Under the pieces are notes generated by a model. It was not told the DNA's origin and did no database searches. It worked only from the letters and a program-made list of their open reading frames with translations. The translations under genes were made by a program, and so were the position numbers. Of a stretch of DNA of 64,000 nt, positions 61,540 to 64,000 are shown in pieces. This stretch comes from Candidatus Aenigmatarchaeota archaeon (GTDB taxonomy: Archaea; Aenigmatarchaeota; Aenigmatarchaeia; CG10238-14; SCSR01). Each line of letters begins with the position of its first letter. Position 1 is the first letter of the stretch. The DNA lies in contig JAWCME010000002.1 of the NCBI GenBank assembly GCA_039091335.1, positions 13,263-77,262 of the forward strand, in the 5' to 3' direction.

Positions 61540-62027
61540 ACCTTCACCTTTATCCTAACTTTTTTTGAAATGAGGAATAAAATCCCAATAATTATAAAAA
61601 CAACTAAAACAGTTATGGGTATAATGTTTAAGTACGATGAATTTTTTTTTGAAAACCCAATAAATGCCCTGCTCCCAATAAAAGTCATGGGCACACCAGA
61701 TGCCTGCAAATTGTTTTTCTCACAAATTTTTCTCCACAAATTAAGGTTTTCTTCGTGAAAATAAACTTCAAAATCATAAACTTCTATAGGATATTTTTTC
61801 TTTAGTTCTTCTAAGAATGGTTTTTCTTCAGCACAATGTGGACACCCCTGCCCCCAGAAAAAGTAAACACATATTTTTCCTTCTTCTATGGTTTTTCCAT
61901 CAGCACATACGTTGCATTCATTGCAATTTAATATCGCTTCTTCTATTTTATCACTATAACCAACATTTTGAGCATGAGCAATAATACTGAAAGCAATTAA
62001 AAAACCAATTATTGCAACATGCTTCAT
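61536..62027 (-). CDS. Exported membrane-anchored thioredoxin/glutaredoxin-like protein
   Basis: Signal peptide, GCPHC, GVP, C-terminal TM helix. Confidence 0.8.
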   Translation of the reverse strand: MKHVAIIGFLIAFSIIAHAQNVGYSDKIEEAILNCNECNVCADGKTIEEGKICVYFFWGQGCPHCAEEKPFLEELKKKYPIEVYDFEVYFHEENLNLWRKICEKNNLQASGVPMTFIGSRAFIGFSKKNSSYLNIIPITVLVVFIIIGILFLISKKVRIKVKV

Positions 62028-62035
62028 ATAACCAC

Positions 62036-63331
62036 CTAACAACAATACAGTTCTTTTGGAATCTTTTCTTCTCCAATTTTTCCAAAAGGATTTCCGTATT
62101 CTCTTATATTTTTAATCATCTTTTTATTGGTTTCTGTTTCCATCCCCATCCTTACAGAAGCTTCCCTGACATTTCTTACAATTTCAGCTACATTGATATC
62201 TAAGGGGCAATTAATCTTACATGCTTCGCATGTTGTGCAACAATAAAGTCCTCTTTCAAAAGCTATTTTCAAATCATTGATGAAAGCCGTTTTAGCTATA
62301 CCTATTCCACCTAAATAATCATACCCATAATTGTCAAAAATTTGTCTGTACACGGGACAAAAATAAAGGCAAGAACCGCAATTAATACAATAAAGTATTT
62401 CACCTAGTCCCTCTTTAATCATACTGCTTCTTCCATTGTCAACTAGAATTAAAAAAACTTCTTTTGCACCGTGTACACCATAAACAATTTTCTTCTCTAT
62501 GTCTGCTGTCTTGCTTGGTGAGGAAATTATGTTTATGTAAGTTGGAAGAGATGTGCCTGTGCCCCAAATAGAAGATGCTTTACATATAACCATAGCATCT
62601 TGCAGAGAAGGCACCAGCTTATCTATTCCACTTACTATAACATGTTTTTCCGGTATTCTTGAGATTAGTGAAATGTTTCCTTCATTTTCGAGTATGACTA
62701 TTGTTCCATCTGCTGTTATCGCATTAGCTCCTGTTAAACCAATTTTTGCCTCAACAATTTTTTTCTTCAAATAATATTTAACCCATTCAACAATTTTTTC
62801 ATGACTTTTTTCAAGTTCAACTTTGAATTTTTTCCTTATTTTTTCCAACATTATTTCAATTGGTATGTGTAGGGCTGGAGTTACGGGGTGGCTCGAAACT
62901 TCATCGCAAACCTTAACAAGAAAATCTCCACAATCGGTTTCGGTGAGTTCGTTCCTCCCTTCAAAAATCTCTTCAACTTTAATTTCATTCAAAACATTAG
63001 ACTTTGATTTCACAATTTTTTCTTTTTCTGGTATAATTTCAAGAAGCATTTTTTTTGCTTTGTTCGAATTTTCTGCCTGTAAAACTCTCACCCCATGTTC
63101 TTCTAGGTTTTTAATTGCTCTTTCCTTTAAGTTTTCTATGTTGGATATGGAAAATTCTTTTATTCTTCTAAGCTCTTTTTTGAGTAATTCGATATTTTCT
63201 AATTGCATCGCCCTTTCTCTATTCTTCTTATAAGTATTAAAAGCTTCTGATAGAGCTACTTTGGCCATACAAATTCTTTTTGAACTTAAAATTTCTTTTA
63301 TTTTCATCATAAAATAATAAGCTGAAACCAT
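62036..63331 (-). CDS. LUD-domain Fe-S protein (LutB-like)
   Basis: KSKS, ETD.G, HPVTPALH, ENEGN, CINCGSC..CPVY. Confidence 0.85.
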   Translation of the reverse strand: MVSAYYFMMKIKEILSSKRICMAKVALSEAFNTYKKNRERAMQLENIELLKKELRRIKEFSISNIENLKERAIKNLEEHGVRVLQAENSNKAKKMLLEIIPEKEKIVKSKSNVLNEIKVEEIFEGRNELTETDCGDFLVKVCDEVSSHPVTPALHIPIEIMLEKIRKKFKVELEKSHEKIVEWVKYYLKKKIVEAKIGLTGANAITADGTIVILENEGNISLISRIPEKHVIVSGIDKLVPSLQDAMVICKASSIWGTGTSLPTYINIISSPSKTADIEKKIVYGVHGAKEVFLILVDNGRSSMIKEGLGEILYCINCGSCLYFCPVYRQIFDNYGYDYLGGIGIAKTAFINDLKIAFERGLYCCTTCEACKINCPLDINVAEIVRNVREASVRMGMETETNKKMIKNIREYGNPFGKIGEEKIPKELYCC

Positions 63332-63473
63332 ATTTAAGCTTAGGTTTTGATTTTTGAAACCATTAAATTAAGTTCTTGAATAACAATAAACTCAATTTTT
63401 CGTAAATTTCAAATTTCTTAATAACTAGGCATTTTAAATAAAAAATAAAATTTTAAAAATATAATATTTTTTT

Positions 63474-63815
63474 ATGATAGAGTTAAAGACGGTTAAATTT
63501 GGAAAAACTGCTGGCAGAGTTCCGATAGAAGATATGAAAAAAATTTTTGAGTTTTGTAAAAAATTCGATGTAATCGATGGAATGAAAGATGATATTCTTA
63601 GGTTTGATGTTAGACCAAATGCAATTCATTGGTTAAATAAAGACAATATTATTTTATCTAGTATGTACTATGATCGGAATACTGGTGAGATAAAATTACA
63701 GAAAGGAAGTGTAATCTATATGAATGGTGAAGCTAAAAAATTTGATGGAATTGATTGGGATGAAAAAATTGCAACAAAGAGATGGAATGAATTGATTAAA
63801 AAAATTTTAGAATAA
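63474..63815 (+). CDS. Hypothetical protein
   Basis: 113-aa ATG-started ORF with no recognised motif. Confidence 0.5.
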   Translation: MIELKTVKFGKTAGRVPIEDMKKIFEFCKKFDVIDGMKDDILRFDVRPNAIHWLNKDNIILSSMYYDRNTGEIKLQKGSVIYMNGEAKKFDGIDWDEKIATKRWNELIKKILE

Positions 63816-63952
63816 ACATAAATATTTTATGGTTAAAAGGAAATCGTCAATCCTAGAGCTTTAAATCTTTTCTAACCTAAGGGCTTATCTTTACTACTCT
63901 ATCAAAAACATACACTTGTGAGAAAACGAAAAAGTATTTAAATAAATTGAGG

Positions 63953-64000
63953 TGCAGGGGGTGAGAATCCTGTTGAATTGTAATGCACACGCTTTAGTAG
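63953..64000 (-). tRNA. Probable 3' end of a Leu-like tRNA, cut by the window edge
   Basis: Minus strand ..ATT-CTCAC-CCCCTGC-A-CC resembles T-stem 3' strand, acceptor 3' strand and discriminator. Confidence 0.4.

Overview
AT-rich archaeal chromosomal segment. The gene content suggests a small-genome DPANN-type archaeon, possibly Aenigmarchaeota; this is inference only. The window holds housekeeping genes (AlaRS, LeuRS, PheRS, TrpRS, GlyRS, ribosomal proteins, aIF2-gamma, RNAP subunits, the exosome/proteasome/RNase P superoperon, FEN1). It also holds a carbon/energy block (minimal NiFe hydrogenase, gap-pgk-tpi-fbp, glycogen synthesis and degradation), two type IV pilins and two intron-containing tRNAs. 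The main finding is that three essential protein-coding genes (aIF2-gamma, proteasome alpha, RNAP subunit Rpo12/RpoP) are each interrupted by a 19-32 nt insertion. Each insertion carries an in-frame stop and folds into a bulge-helix-bulge (BHB). Cutting at the canonical tRNA-splicing endonuclease positions restores the frame and the conserved motif in all three. Together with tRNA introns at non-canonical positions, this points to tRNA-type micro-introns spliced out of mRNAs. No endA or rtcB gene, CRISPR array, rRNA gene or transposase was seen in the window.
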